A stretch of 63,702 nucleotides of DNA, the filler included, from Anaerolineae bacterium (GTDB taxonomy: Bacteria; Chloroflexota; Anaerolineae; B4-G1; DUEL01): NCBI GenBank assembly GCA_041082215.1. It is 6 parts of 6 records of this genome, joined end to end, with 100 filler letters (N's around TTAATTAATTAA, not from the genome) between each part and the next. Parts side by side here need not be neighbours in the genome. Positions count along the whole stretch, not along the records: positions 25,213 to 41,558 come from JBDOIF010000141.1; 5 more parts are not named here. One strand, 5' to 3'. A program made the translations under genes and the position numbers. This document shows, one piece after another, positions 28,305 to 38,987 of this stretch. Within the stretch, counting starts at the first letter, position 1. Each line of letters starts with the position of its first letter. Under the pieces are notes generated by a model that was given only the letters and a program-made list of their open reading frames with translations, did no database searches and was not told where the DNA came from.

Positions 28305-29090
28305 ATGTCCCTTCCTGCCATCGTTTCTATCCGGGAGATTCATAACGAAACCCGTCGGGTCCGCACCTTCGTGCTGGATATGGAGCTTCCGGAGGCGGAG
28401 CCGGGCCAGTTTGTGATGCTCTGGCTGCCCGGGGTGGACGAGAAGCCGATCTCCATTGCCTATCCCAGCCCGCTGACCCTCACCGTGGCGCGTGTAGGCC
28501 CCTTCTCCACCGCCCTCCACCGGGCGCGGGAGGGGGATCCGGTGGGAGTACGGGGGCCGTTCGGGCGGGGTTTCACCCTTCTGGCGGACCGGCCTGCCCT
28601 GATCGTCGGAGGAGGATACGGCGCGGCTCCCCTTTACTTCCTCGCCGCCCGTGCCCTCCAGCGCTCTATCCCCACCACTGTGGCCCTGGGCGCCCGCCGC
28701 GCCAGCGACCTCATCTACGCCGACCGATTCTACAAGCTGGGGGTCCATCTTATCCTCTCCACCGACGACGGGTCCATAGGCTACCATGGCTATGTCACCG
28801 AAGCCATATCTTCCCTGCTCACCCCCACACCCCCGCCTGTCCTCTACGCCTGCGGCCCCGAACCGATGCTCGTCGCCCTCCTCCGCCTCTGCCTGGAACA
28901 CGGGCTGGAGGGTCAGCTCAGCGTCGAGCGGTATATGAAATGCGGCTTCGGCATCTGCGGCCAGTGCGCCCTCGACGGACTCCTGGTCTGTCAGGATGGC
29001 CCGGTGTTCAGCGTGGAGCAGCTCCGGGGGCTGGAGGAGTTCGGCCGGTTCCGCCGCAGCGGTACGGGCCGTCGCCTCCCCATCCGCTGA
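28305..29090 (+). CDS. pyrK: Dihydroorotate dehydrogenase electron-transfer subunit
   Basis: PGQFVMLW, RGPFGRGF, VGGGYG, CGPEPM, MKCGFGICGQC...C [2Fe-2S] motif. Confidence 0.93.
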   Translation: MSLPAIVSIREIHNETRRVRTFVLDMELPEAEPGQFVMLWLPGVDEKPISIAYPSPLTLTVARVGPFSTALHRAREGDPVGVRGPFGRGFTLLADRPALIVGGGYGAAPLYFLAARALQRSIPTTVALGARRASDLIYADRFYKLGVHLILSTDDGSIGYHGYVTEAISSLLTPTPPPVLYACGPEPMLVALLRLCLEHGLEGQLSVERYMKCGFGICGQCALDGLLVCQDGPVFSVEQLRGLEEFGRFRRSGTGRRLPIR

Positions 29091-29129
29091 CGCCTGACGT
29101 TTGACGCCTGACGTTTGATTCCTGACACT
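29088..29129 (+). repeat. Heptamer array starting at the pyrK stop codon
   Basis: TGACGCC TGACGTT TGACGCC TGACGTT TGATTCC TGACACT. Confidence 0.8.
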
Positions 29130-29165
29130 TAGTGTCCCAACTTCCACCTTCCAGGATTCATAACT

Positions 29166-29762
29166 ATGGCCAATCCCAAACTCAAAAAGAAATCCCGTCT
29201 CCGCGACCACTTCTGCACTCTCCGCGAATGCCTGCCTCCCGATGAGGTGGCTGCTGCATCCGCCGCCCTCTGCCGGAAGCTGGCCGCCTGGCCTCCCCTG
29301 CGGGAAAGCCGCACCGTGATGGCTTATCTGGCCTTCCGCAACGAGCCGGACCTGGGGCTTCTCTTCCAGCTCCTGCCGGAGATCCGCTGGACCGTACCCC
29401 GCATCGAGGGGAAGCGGCTGGTCGTCCATCCCTACGATCCATCCCGGCTGATCCGCCATCCATACGGCATGCTGGAGCCGGCGCCGGACCTGCCGGTGGT
29501 GGAGCCGGCCGGGCTGGACCTGGTGCTGGTGCCCGGGGTGGCCTTCGACCGGCGGGGGGGGCGGTTGGGGTTTGGGGGGGGGTTCTACGACCGGTTCCTT
29601 CCCACCACGCCTGCGCTGCGGGTGGGGGTGACCTACGACGAGTGCCTGGCCGACGAGCTGCCCTGCAGCGAGGCCGATCAGCGGATGGACTGGGTGATAA
29701 CGCCCACCCAGGAAATCTACTGCGCTCCCTTCTGGAAGACCACCTGCCCCACCCCATTGTAG
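29166..29762 (+). CDS. 5-formyltetrahydrofolate cyclo-ligase
   Basis: DLVLVPGVAFD, RLGFGGGFYDRFL. Confidence 0.93.
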   Translation: MANPKLKKKSRLRDHFCTLRECLPPDEVAAASAALCRKLAAWPPLRESRTVMAYLAFRNEPDLGLLFQLLPEIRWTVPRIEGKRLVVHPYDPSRLIRHPYGMLEPAPDLPVVEPAGLDLVLVPGVAFDRRGGRLGFGGGFYDRFLPTTPALRVGVTYDECLADELPCSEADQRMDWVITPTQEIYCAPFWKTTCPTPL

Positions 29763-29786
29763 GGCAAGCTGAAAGCTTGCCCTACA
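29758..29786. repeat. GTAG-type REP palindrome / terminator between convergent genes
   Basis: TGTAGGGCAAGCT-GAA-AGCTTGCCCTACA, perfect 13-bp stem. Confidence 0.8.
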
Positions 29787-29796
29787 GGACAGGGCG

Positions 29797-30666
29797 CTAC
29801 CGCATCAGCGCCAGTGCAGGGTTCTCCTCAAACCGCCGGAACCAGTCCAGGACCTCCATGATCTGGTCGGCCAGGTAGCGGGCCCGACCGGGATCGCTCT
29901 GGACAAAGGACAGCAGCTGGCGGTAGGTCTCCCGGCAGGCATCGCTCTCCTCATGGTCCGGCATCTCCGTCCGCCGCCCTGCCTCGATGACCCCTGTCGT
30001 GGCCGAGCGGGCCGAGAGGTTGGACACCCTCGGCGGACGGGGTACACCCGGGGCGCGGAGGAGCGGCGGACGGTTCACCTCGAATCGGAAGTCCATCTCG
30101 TCGGCAACCACCTGATCCACCACTTTGCGGATCGTCATCCCCAGCCCGGCCCGGCGGGCGAACGCCCCCTCCAGGCTGAGGACCTGCCCATCCCACCAGC
30201 GGCCCTCGCCCCAGTAGAACCCCTCCCCATCCGGAGCCGGTTCCAGCTGGCAGTACCCCTCCTGAACCAGGTAAGCGATGGCGGAGAAGAGCAGCGCTGC
30301 TGCCATTCGCTGAGGATTGGCTGGCACGCCGAACAGCTCAACCAGCACCGTCCGCCGCTGGCCGTCGTCGAAGAAGAAGCCGGAATGGTATCGAACGACC
30401 ACCCCGCTCGCCACCAGCCGGGCCCGCCGCCGATCCTCCGCCAGTTGGGCCACATCGGGGTGCAGCTCCACCGCCTCCCGCACCGCCTCCAGACGGTCGG
30501 GCACGAGCGGTGCGCCACAGTGCTGGCAGACAGCCCCCTGATCGTCGGTGTACTGCTTGCAGGCGGAGCAGATGACCATAATGGTCTTACCACACCACGG
30601 ACACCTGGACGCCGGCACAGCGATCGGCCGGCCACAGTACCGACAGTGCAGTCCTTCCTCTCCCAC
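29797..30666 (-). CDS. Hypothetical protein with N-terminal double zinc ribbon
   Basis: CRYC, CPWC, CSAC, CQHC; GTG start just after the lepA stop. Confidence 0.75.
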   Translation of the reverse strand: MGEEGLHCRYCGRPIAVPASRCPWCGKTIMVICSACKQYTDDQGAVCQHCGAPLVPDRLEAVREAVELHPDVAQLAEDRRRARLVASGVVVRYHSGFFFDDGQRRTVLVELFGVPANPQRMAAALLFSAIAYLVQEGYCQLEPAPDGEGFYWGEGRWWDGQVLSLEGAFARRAGLGMTIRKVVDQVVADEMDFRFEVNRPPLLRAPGVPRPPRVSNLSARSATTGVIEAGRRTEMPDHEESDACRETYRQLLSFVQSDPGRARYLADQIMEVLDWFRRFEENPALALMR

Positions 30667-30671
30667 CTTCC

Positions 30672-32474
30672 CTACTCCTCCTCCAGCCGAAGGATCGCCA
30701 GAAACGCCTCCTGCGGGATGGAGACCTGCCCGAACTGCTTCATCCGCTTCTTGCCCGCCTTCTGCCGCTCCAGCAGCTTCCGCTTGCGGGTCACGTCCCC
30801 TCCGTAACACTTGGCCAGCACATCCTTCCGCAGCGCCTTCACCGTCGCCCGGGCGATTATCCGTCCGCCGATGGCCGCCTGGATGGGAACCGGGAACAGC
30901 TGGCGGGGGATCAGCTCCTTCATCTTATTTACCAGAGCCGACCCCTTCTCATAAGCCTGGTCCCGATGGACGATGAGCGCCAGAGCGTCCACCGGTTGCT
31001 GGTTGACCAGAATGTCCAGCTTGACCAGATCGCCCGGCTGATAACCGTCGAAGTCATAGTCGAAGGAGGCATAGCCCCGCGAGACCGACTTCAGCCGGTC
31101 ATGCAGGTCCACGATCATCTCCGAAAGCGGCATGCGGAAGTGGAGCACCACCCGCTGGTTGTCCAGGTACTCCGTCGTGCCGACCTCCGCCCGGCGGCGG
31201 GTCATCAGTTCCAGGATCGGCCCGATGTAGTCGGTGGGGGTGAAGACCTGCACCCTCATCCAGGGCTCCCGAATCTCCCGGATGACGGCGGGGTCGGGCA
31301 GATCGGCCGGGCTGGAGACCTCCATCACCTCCCCCCGGGTGGTGACCACCTGATAGGCAACGCTGGGGGCCGTGGCAATCAGGTCCAGCCCGTATTCCCG
31401 CTCCAGCCGCTCCTGGACGATTTCCATATGGAACAGGCCCAGGAAGCCGCAGCGGAAGCCAAACTGGAGCGCCTGAGAGGTCTCCGGCTCGAAGACCAGA
31501 GCGGCGTCGTTCAGGCGGAGTTTCTCCAGCGCGTCCCGCAGCTCGTTGTAGTCCTCCGGCTCGACGGGATAGATGCCAGCGAAGACCATCGGCTTGACCG
31601 GGCGGTAGCCTGGAAGCGGCTCGGCGGCCGGGGCGGAGGCATCGGTGAGGGTATCCCCTACCCGGCATTCCCGCACCGTCTTGAGGCCGGTGGCGACATA
31701 CCCCACCTCCCCGGCCTCCAGCCAGCCGGTGGGCTGCATCCGGGGGGTGAAAACCCCGATCTCCACCGGCTCCGTCTCCGCGCCGGTGGACATCAACATC
31801 AGCGGCTGTCCCTTTTTCACTGCCCCGTCCACCACACGGACGTAGGCCACCACCCCTTTGTAGGGGTCGTAGTGGGAATCGAAGATGAGGGCACGGAGGG
31901 GAGCCTCAACGCGGCCCGAGGGTGGCGGAATGCGCTCCACCACTGCCTGCAGCACCGCCCCCACATTGGTCCCCTCTCTGGCAGAGACCCGAAGCACCTC
32001 ATCCGTCGAACCGCCCAGCAGGTCGGCCAGCTCCGCAGCCACCTCGTCGGGCCGGGCCATCGGCAGGTCAATCTTATTGACCACGGGGATGATCTCCAGG
32101 TCCGCCTCCAGCGCCAGATAGAGGTTGGCCAGGGTCTGGGCCTCGATCCCCTGAGAGGCGTCCACCACCAGCAATGCCCCCTCACAGGCAGCCAGCGCCC
32201 GGCTGACCTCGTAGGAGAAGTCCACATGGCCCGGCGTGTCGATCAGATTCAGCTCGTATTCCTGCCCGTCGGCGGCCCGGTAGCGCATCCGCACCGCCGA
32301 CGCCTTGATGGTAACTCCCTTTTCCCGCTCCAGGTCCATCGAATCCAGGACCTGGGAGACCATCTCCCGCGCGGGGATCGTGCCGGTCGCCTCCAGAAGC
32401 CGGTCGGCCAGGGTGGACTTGCCGTGGTCAATATGGGCTATAATGCAGAAATTCCGAATCCGTGCAGGATCCAT
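30672..32474 (-). CDS. lepA: Elongation factor 4
   Basis: [50 protein letters not shown]. Confidence 0.98.
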   Translation of the reverse strand: MDPARIRNFCIIAHIDHGKSTLADRLLEATGTIPAREMVSQVLDSMDLEREKGVTIKASAVRMRYRAADGQEYELNLIDTPGHVDFSYEVSRALAACEGALLVVDASQGIEAQTLANLYLALEADLEIIPVVNKIDLPMARPDEVAAELADLLGGSTDEVLRVSAREGTNVGAVLQAVVERIPPPSGRVEAPLRALIFDSHYDPYKGVVAYVRVVDGAVKKGQPLMLMSTGAETEPVEIGVFTPRMQPTGWLEAGEVGYVATGLKTVRECRVGDTLTDASAPAAEPLPGYRPVKPMVFAGIYPVEPEDYNELRDALEKLRLNDAALVFEPETSQALQFGFRCGFLGLFHMEIVQERLEREYGLDLIATAPSVAYQVVTTRGEVMEVSSPADLPDPAVIREIREPWMRVQVFTPTDYIGPILELMTRRRAEVGTTEYLDNQRVVLHFRMPLSEMIVDLHDRLKSVSRGYASFDYDFDGYQPGDLVKLDILVNQQPVDALALIVHRDQAYEKGSALVNKMKELIPRQLFPVPIQAAIGGRIIARATVKALRKDVLAKCYGGDVTRKRKLLERQKAGKKRMKQFGQVSIPQEAFLAILRLEEE

Positions 32475-32479
32475 GTTCT

Positions 32480-33727
32480 TCACTCTTCGGCAACGCCAGA
32501 CCGGGCAAGCGGGAGGAGGACTGTGAAACGGCTCCCTCTGCCGAGCACACTCTCGACCCACACCCGTCCGCCATGCAACTCCACCAGCCCCTTGACGATG
32601 GAGAGGCCCAGCCCCATCCCCCCATACCGGCGGGTCAGCGGGTCTTCCACCTGCTGGAACCGTTCGAAGATGCGGTTCAGCGCCTCCCTGGGGATGCCGA
32701 TCCCCGTATCCGCCACGGAGACCTCGATCCGATCCCTGTATTGTGCCGCGCTGACCTGCACCCGTCCCCCCGACGGGGTGAACTTGACCGCGTTGGAGAG
32801 GAGGTTATCCATCACCACCCGGAGCTTGCCGGGGTCTGCCCGGAGGGTGAGGGCCTGATCGGGAAGTCTCGTTTCCAGGCGAAGTCCCTTGCCCTCTGCC
32901 ATCGAACGGTAATCTTCGCAGGCTTCCTCGATCACCTCCCGGAGATCGAAGGTCTCGCAGCTCAGGACCAGCTCACCGGTCTCCAGGTAGCGCAGGTTGA
33001 GCATCGTCTCCATCAGGTGCTTGAGACGGAGGGAAGCGCGGAGGACCGCATCGAGTTGCGGCCCGGCGGCGTCCCCCAACTGTTCCCGGAGCATCACCGC
33101 GTACCCCAGGATCAGGCTGAGAGGGGTACGCAGTTCATGGGAAGCGATGGCGATAAAATCCGACTTCAGCCGGTCCAGCTCCCCCAGCTTTTTGTGGGCC
33201 TCCTGCAGCGCTCCGACGAGTCGGGCGTTCTCGATGGCGACCGCTGCCTGGGCGGCCAGGGCCATAAGCATCTCCACGTCCTCCTCGGAAAAGCCGCATT
33301 CTCCCTGCTTGTTCACCGCCTCCAGGACACCGATCCGGCGGTCCCGGAACTGTAACGGGACTGCCAGAAGCGAGTGGGTCTCAAAGCCGATGCGATCTCC
33401 CACCTCCCGGCAGTGGCGGGGGTCGGTCCGGGCATCGGCCACGATCATCGGCTCACCCGAGGTGAAGACCAGGCCAGCGATGGAGCCTTCGATGGGGACA
33501 GGGATACTGGCCAGCTCTTCGATGGACTCGCGGGCCGCCGCCCGGAACCGCAGCTCGCCACTTCGGGCATCTTGAAGGAGAAGAGAGGCCCCTTCACTAT
33601 CGGTCAGCTCCGCCGCCTTCTCAACGATTTTCTTCAGGAGCGGCTCCAGTGCCGTTGTCGAAGTGAGCTCCAGGCTGACCTCGAGGATCTGCTGCAGGCG
33701 TTGCAGCCGTGTTTCCAGCTCGCTCAC
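32480..33727 (-). CDS. GAF-domain sensor histidine kinase
   Basis: GAF region, [29 protein letters not shown]. Confidence 0.92.
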   Translation of the reverse strand: MSELETRLQRLQQILEVSLELTSTTALEPLLKKIVEKAAELTDSEGASLLLQDARSGELRFRAAARESIEELASIPVPIEGSIAGLVFTSGEPMIVADARTDPRHCREVGDRIGFETHSLLAVPLQFRDRRIGVLEAVNKQGECGFSEEDVEMLMALAAQAAVAIENARLVGALQEAHKKLGELDRLKSDFIAIASHELRTPLSLILGYAVMLREQLGDAAGPQLDAVLRASLRLKHLMETMLNLRYLETGELVLSCETFDLREVIEEACEDYRSMAEGKGLRLETRLPDQALTLRADPGKLRVVMDNLLSNAVKFTPSGGRVQVSAAQYRDRIEVSVADTGIGIPREALNRIFERFQQVEDPLTRRYGGMGLGLSIVKGLVELHGGRVWVESVLGRGSRFTVLLPLARSGVAEE

Positions 33728-34506
33728 TTTTCCTCACCCTCCAGGCAGGCCTCGATCGCGCGCTCCACATCGGTGCTCCCGGCCTGCATCTTCCACCAGC
33801 CCAGGAACTCCCGGTTGCCCGCTGGCCCCAGGAGCGGCGAGGCTATCAGCCCCTGCATCCCCAGACCCAGCGACGCAGCGGCGCTCACAACCTTCTGGAG
33901 AACCTGCCGATGGACTGCCGCATCCCGCACAACGCCGCCCTTCCCCACCTCACGGCGGCCCGCCTCGAACTGCGGCTTGATCAACGCCACCACCTCTCCC
34001 CCAGGCCCCAGCCACCCCACCACGCGGGGAAGGATAAGCTCCAGCGAGATAAAAGAGACATCCATCGTCACCAGGTCCACCGGCTCCGGCAGCCGCTCCA
34101 GGTAGCGGGCGTTGGTCCGCTCCATCACCACCACCCGTGGGTCGTTGCGCAGCTCCCACGCCAGTTGCCCGTACCCGACATCTATGGCATAGACCCGCGC
34201 TGCACCGTGCTGGAGGAGGCAATCGGTGAAGCCACCTGTGGAAGCCCCCACATCCGCCGCTACCCGTCCCTCCACCCTCAGCCCGAACCGGACCAGAGCC
34301 GCCTCCAGCTTCTCACCGCCCCGGCTGACAAAGCGGGGCCGTGCGGCCAGGACGATCAGCGCACCCCCCGACACCTCCGCGCCGGGCTTATCCACCACCT
34401 GCCCGTCCACCCGGACCTGGCCCGCACGGATAAGCCGCTGCGCCTGGGACCGGTTATCGGCCAGGCCCCGCTCCACCAGCAACCGATCGAGCCGTTCCTT
34501 CTTCAC
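33724..34506 (-). CDS. tlyA: TlyA-family rRNA methyltransferase
   Basis: S4 domain, [36 protein letters not shown]. Confidence 0.95.
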   Translation of the reverse strand: MKKERLDRLLVERGLADNRSQAQRLIRAGQVRVDGQVVDKPGAEVSGGALIVLAARPRFVSRGGEKLEAALVRFGLRVEGRVAADVGASTGGFTDCLLQHGAARVYAIDVGYGQLAWELRNDPRVVVMERTNARYLERLPEPVDLVTMDVSFISLELILPRVVGWLGPGGEVVALIKPQFEAGRREVGKGGVVRDAAVHRQVLQKVVSAAASLGLGMQGLIASPLLGPAGNREFLGWWKMQAGSTDVERAIEACLEGEEK

Positions 34507-34661
34507 CCTTCCTAAGCATACCGCAAGGACCTCTTTTGGTCAAGGCGGCTCCCCGGGCCTCGGACATTCGAAGCAAATTCTCACCACAGAGACACAGAGG
34601 ACACGGAGTTCTATCCCTGTCCCCTTCCCTCCCAGCCCCTATCGTGTTACAATACGGTCCG

Positions 34662-35879
34662 ATGCGCATCCGTTCCCTCAGCCTGGAAAATTTCCGCAAT
34701 TACGTCCGCCTGGAGCAGGAGTGGCCGGAACAGCCCGTGCTGCTGTGCGGGGCCAACGCCCAGGGGAAGACCAGTCTCCTGGAGGCGATCTATTACCTGG
34801 CCACATCCCGCTCTCCCCTCACAGCTACGGACCGGCAGTTGATCAACTGGACAGCGGAGCGGGAAGGGCTGGCTTACGCCCACCTGCAGGCCGAGGTGGT
34901 GCAGCGGGACCGGGTGCGGGAGGTGGCGATCGCCCTCTCCCTGGCCCGCGCCACCAACGGGGCAGAGCGGCTTCAGAAGCGGATCCGCATAGACCGGCAG
35001 GTGCGCCACCGGCAGGACCTGGTGGGATGCCTGAACGTGGTCCTCTTCCTGCCCCAGGATGTGGAGCTGGTGGCAGGCCCCCCGGCGGGGCGGCGGCGGT
35101 ATCTGGACGAGACGCTCTGTCAGGTGGACCCCGACTACTGCACGGCTCTGGAAAGGTATGAGGAGACGCTGCGGCAGCGGAACGCCCTGCTGCGCCACCT
35201 GGCAGAAGAGGGAGGGGACCCCGATCAGTTGGACCCGCTGGACGGGCGGCTGGCGGCGACCGGTGTGGTCGTCTCCCAGGGCCGCCGCCGGCTGATCGCC
35301 GAGCTTTCCCGCCACGCCTCCCGGCTCCACGCCGACCTGACCGGCGGAGAGGAGTGGCTCCGGCTCCTCTACCAGCCCAACTTCGACCCCGCCCGCCCTC
35401 CGCTGCTGAAGTATCAGATGGGACTGACCCTGGAAGAGCCGTCCGCCCCACCGGAGGGGATCGGCGTCGAGGAGCTGGTGGCCGCCTTCCGGGAACGGCT
35501 CCGCCAGCGGCGGCGGGAGGAGATCGAGCGGGGAATGACCCTCACCGGCCCACACCGGGACGAGATGCGGTTCCTGGTGGGAAGGACGGACCTGGGGACG
35601 TTCGGCTCCCGGGGACAGCAACGGACGGCAGTGCTGGCGCTCAAGATGGCGCAGGTGGCATGGATGCGGGAAACGACCGGAGAGGCCCCCGTCCTCCTTC
35701 TGGATGAGGTGATGGCCGAGCTGGACCGCCGCAGAAGGTCGTTCCTGCTTGCACAGGTAGACGGGGTTGAACAGGCCCTGCTGACCGCTACCGACCCGGA
35801 GATGTTCAGCCCTGCCTTCCGCCAGCGGGCAGCGCTGTTGTGGGTGGAGGGAGGGATCATCCAGCCGTACCGGCCCTGA
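34662..35879 (+). CDS. recF: DNA replication/repair protein RecF
   Basis: NFRNY, GANAQGKTS, GPHRDE, GSRGQQR, LLLDEVMAELD; extended -10 TGtTACAAT 8 nt before the ATG. Confidence 0.95.
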   Translation: MRIRSLSLENFRNYVRLEQEWPEQPVLLCGANAQGKTSLLEAIYYLATSRSPLTATDRQLINWTAEREGLAYAHLQAEVVQRDRVREVAIALSLARATNGAERLQKRIRIDRQVRHRQDLVGCLNVVLFLPQDVELVAGPPAGRRRYLDETLCQVDPDYCTALERYEETLRQRNALLRHLAEEGGDPDQLDPLDGRLAATGVVVSQGRRRLIAELSRHASRLHADLTGGEEWLRLLYQPNFDPARPPLLKYQMGLTLEEPSAPPEGIGVEELVAAFRERLRQRRREEIERGMTLTGPHRDEMRFLVGRTDLGTFGSRGQQRTAVLALKMAQVAWMRETTGEAPVLLLDEVMAELDRRRRSFLLAQVDGVEQALLTATDPEMFSPAFRQRAALLWVEGGIIQPYRP

Positions 35880-37122
35880 GCCCCTTCAGACTCTGGAACA
35901 GGTTGAGGTAGTCCCTCAGGTGGCGCGTGACGAGGAAGCGGCGACGAACATGCTCCCGGCCCGCCGCGCCCATCCGCGCCGACTCCTCCGGGTGCTGCAG
36001 CAGGTAGAGGACCCGATCGGCACACGCCTCGACCGACTCCACCAGAAAGCCGGTCTCCCCCTCGATGACCTGGAGCGGGATCCCCCCGGCGTTGCCGCCC
36101 ACCACGGGCTTGCCCTTCCACAGCGCCTCTGCCACCACCAGCCCAAACCCCTCACGGATGGACTTCTGGACGATCACATCGCTGACCGTCTGGAACGCGC
36201 CCACTTCGGCTGGCCCCACGCCATGGAAGTTGTGCAGAATGTGGATGTCGAAGTCCTCCCCGGCGTGGCGGATCGTCTGATCCAGAAAGGTCCATCCCTC
36301 GGGGTCATCCGACGCCATCGAGCCGACCAGCGCCAGTTGCACTTCGGGGACCTCCCGCTTCACGATGCGATAGGCATCAATCACCCCCAGGGGGTCCTTC
36401 CAGGGGTCGAAGCGGCTGACCTGGGTGACGAGGGGCCGGTCCACATCCACCCCAAACCGCGCCACGGTCTCCCGTGCCTGCTCCACACCCATCGGCGCGT
36501 TCTTGGGGGAAAGGGGATCAATGGTAGGAGGTATGATCGCCAGATGGCGGAAAGCCAGCCCCGGCCCCACATACTGCTCCATCGTGAAGACGCCAGCGTC
36601 GTAGAGGTGGAGGTACGGGACGAAGAAATCCCAGTAGGCGGGGTTAGGGCGCGATGTGTCAATATGGCAGCGCCATATCCAGCAGGAGCGGAGCGGTCCT
36701 TCGCCTCCGTAATAGTACCTCAGCCCCGCCGGCTGGGGGTCATGCACGACCACGAAGTCGTAGTCGCCCTCGAAACGGCGGGCGTTGGCCTCGTTATACC
36801 GCCGCCAGATCTCCTTCATCCCCTCCGTGAACGGGAGGTCCATCCCCTGCAGCCCGTTGTGGCAGGCCTTGGTCACATCGAAGAACTCATCCGCCCCCTC
36901 GATCACCTGCCACTCCGCCTCCAGCCCCACGTCCCGCATCAGCGGCACCAGGGTCTGGAGGATCTCCGCCACCCCGCCGCCGTAGGCAGTGGCGTTGATA
37001 TGGACCACCCGCGCCCCACGGAGGGGTTCCGCCAGCCGCCGGATCTCGGCGATGATCTCCTCCCCCACGATCGGACCGTAGGCCTCCAGCCGTTTCTTCT
37101 CTACCTCGACCCGTCCCAGCAT
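35857..37122 (-). CDS. treT: TreT-type glycosyltransferase (trehalose synthase, GT4)
   Basis: NATAYGGGVAEIL, HNGLQG, HDPQP, WRCHID, SRFDPWKDP, EGFGL. Confidence 0.85.
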   Translation of the reverse strand: MLGRVEVEKKRLEAYGPIVGEEIIAEIRRLAEPLRGARVVHINATAYGGGVAEILQTLVPLMRDVGLEAEWQVIEGADEFFDVTKACHNGLQGMDLPFTEGMKEIWRRYNEANARRFEGDYDFVVVHDPQPAGLRYYYGGEGPLRSCWIWRCHIDTSRPNPAYWDFFVPYLHLYDAGVFTMEQYVGPGLAFRHLAIIPPTIDPLSPKNAPMGVEQARETVARFGVDVDRPLVTQVSRFDPWKDPLGVIDAYRIVKREVPEVQLALVGSMASDDPEGWTFLDQTIRHAGEDFDIHILHNFHGVGPAEVGAFQTVSDVIVQKSIREGFGLVVAEALWKGKPVVGGNAGGIPLQVIEGETGFLVESVEACADRVLYLLQHPEESARMGAAGREHVRRRFLVTRHLRDYLNLFQSLKGLRAGTAG

Positions 37123-37168
37123 AGCCTGCTCCCAGATAAGCGCCTCAGTGCGTTCAGCGCTCTCAGCG

Positions 37169-38029
37169 TTACCCTTTCACCGACCCCGCAAGGATACCAC
37201 GCACGAAGTATCTTTGCAAGGAGAAGAAGACCACCAGCGGCAGGGCCATCGAGACGAACGCCGCCGCCGTCAGAAGGTGCCAGTTCTGTCCCAGCGAGTT
37301 GATCAGGCTGCTCAGCTTCAGCGTCAACGGGGCCACCTGCTCCGTCCCGCCCAGGTAGATGAGCGCCACCAGCAGGTCGTTCCACACCCACAGGAACTGG
37401 AAGATCGCCAGCGACGCCAGGGCAGGCACGGAGAGGGGAAGGGCCAGGCGGAGGAAGGCGGTCAGCTCAGACGCGCCGTCCAGATAGGCCGATTCGAAGA
37501 TATCCCGCGGGAGGGCGCCGAAAAAATTGCGCAGGAGATACACGGCGAAGGGGAGGCCGTAGCCGGTGTGAGCCAGCCAGATGCCGATATACGTGCCGGC
37601 CAGGCCCAGCCGATTGTACACCCGCAACAGAGGGATCAGGGTCATCTGGAGGGGGACCACCAGCAGGCCGACGACAATGACAAAGAGGGCCTGCCGGCCC
37701 GGGAACTCCATCCAGGCGAAGGCGTAGGCGGCGAAGGCGGCGATGGCGATGGGGATCAACGTGGAGGGAATGGTGATGAACAGGCTGTTACGGAAGGCCA
37801 TTGCCATTCCCTGGGCGGTGAGGATCTCCCGGTAGTTCTGCAATGTGTACTGGGAGAGGTCGAAAGGGCGGGTCAGGACGGTCCACCAGCCGGTACGGAA
37901 CACCGCATCGGGAGGCCGGAAAGAACTGACCCAAAGCCCCACCGAGGGGGTCAGCCAGAGCAGCGCCACCCCGATCAGGACGAGGTGGAGAGGAAGCCGG
38001 GATAAGACCCTCGCTACGTGTTCTCTCAT
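37169..38029 (-). CDS. Carbohydrate ABC permease (AglG-like)
   Basis: AAYAFAWMEFPGR, ESAYLDGAS EAA loop, FQFLWVWND. Confidence 0.9.
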   Translation of the reverse strand: MREHVARVLSRLPLHLVLIGVALLWLTPSVGLWVSSFRPPDAVFRTGWWTVLTRPFDLSQYTLQNYREILTAQGMAMAFRNSLFITIPSTLIPIAIAAFAAYAFAWMEFPGRQALFVIVVGLLVVPLQMTLIPLLRVYNRLGLAGTYIGIWLAHTGYGLPFAVYLLRNFFGALPRDIFESAYLDGASELTAFLRLALPLSVPALASLAIFQFLWVWNDLLVALIYLGGTEQVAPLTLKLSSLINSLGQNWHLLTAAAFVSMALPLVVFFSLQRYFVRGILAGSVKG

Positions 38030-38898
38030 CGGAGCGCCTCCTGTTCCTGGAAGCGGCGGATGTTCACCACCATCACCGGCACGATAGCCAGGAGGAGGAC
38101 GATCGCGATGGCGCTGGCCCGGCCAAAGTGGCGGAAGTGGAACATCTCTTTATACATCCGGTTGGCGATCACCTCGGTATCGTAGTTGCCGTTGGTCATC
38201 ACATAGACGATATCAAAGACTTTGAGGACGTTAATAATCATCGTCGTTGTGACGACGGCCAGGGTGGGCTTCATCGCCGGGATGATGATCTTCCAGAAAA
38301 CCTGCCACTCGTTCGCCCCGTCCACCCGGGCTGCTTCCAGCAACTCCCTGGGGATGCCCTTATAGGCAGCGGAGAGAATCACCATACAGAAGCCGGTCCA
38401 GATCCAGACGCCGACGGCGATCAGGGCAAAGTTGTTCGTCGCCCGGTTCTGCAGCCAGCCGACCGGCTCCCGGTGGAACAGCCCGGCCCAGACACCGTTA
38501 AGGAGACCGATCTGGGGGGTGTCGGGCGGGCGGAAGGCATAGACGAAGAGCCAGATCACCCCCGCGCCGACGAAGGAGATCGCCATAGGGAGGAAGATGG
38601 CCGATTTGACGGGCGATTCGTACCGGACCCGGTCGGCCATCACGGCCAGAACCAGCCCCAGCGAGACAGTCAGGCCGGTGAAGAGGACGATCCAGAGGAG
38701 GTTATTGCGGAAGGCGATGTGCATGGCTGAGGAGGTGAACACCCACCGGTAGTTTTCCAGCCCGACGAAGCTGTCCGAGCGCTTGTCGAAGAAGCTGAGA
38801 TAAAGGGTGCTCAGCGCAGGATAGACCAGGTAAGCGCCCAGAATCAGGAGGGTTGGCCCGATGTAGAGCCAGGGTGCCACTCGGCTTTTCCACCGCAT
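38026..38898 (-). CDS. Carbohydrate ABC permease (AglF-like)
   Basis: FLPMAISFVGAGVIW, EAARVDGA. Confidence 0.9.
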   Translation of the reverse strand: MRWKSRVAPWLYIGPTLLILGAYLVYPALSTLYLSFFDKRSDSFVGLENYRWVFTSSAMHIAFRNNLLWIVLFTGLTVSLGLVLAVMADRVRYESPVKSAIFLPMAISFVGAGVIWLFVYAFRPPDTPQIGLLNGVWAGLFHREPVGWLQNRATNNFALIAVGVWIWTGFCMVILSAAYKGIPRELLEAARVDGANEWQVFWKIIIPAMKPTLAVVTTTMIINVLKVFDIVYVMTNGNYDTEVIANRMYKEMFHFRHFGRASAIAIVLLLAIVPVMVVNIRRFQEQEALR

Positions 38899-38917
38899 CG
38901 TTGTCCTCCTCGCGGTG

Positions 38918-38951
38918 GTTTGGGGGCGACCCCGGGGGGCCGCCCCCAAAC
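38918..38951. other. Intercistronic stem-loop downstream of the binding-protein gene
   Basis: GTTTGGGGGCG...CGCCCCCAAAC. Confidence 0.6.
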
Positions 38952-38987
38952 GCTCTGTGACAGCAATGGATGGCCGCGCCAGCGCCC

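Noticed and set aside
29091..29165. 6S RNA upstream of the 5-formyl-THF cyclo-ligase gene
   Set aside because: Only 75 nt, filled with heptamer repeats
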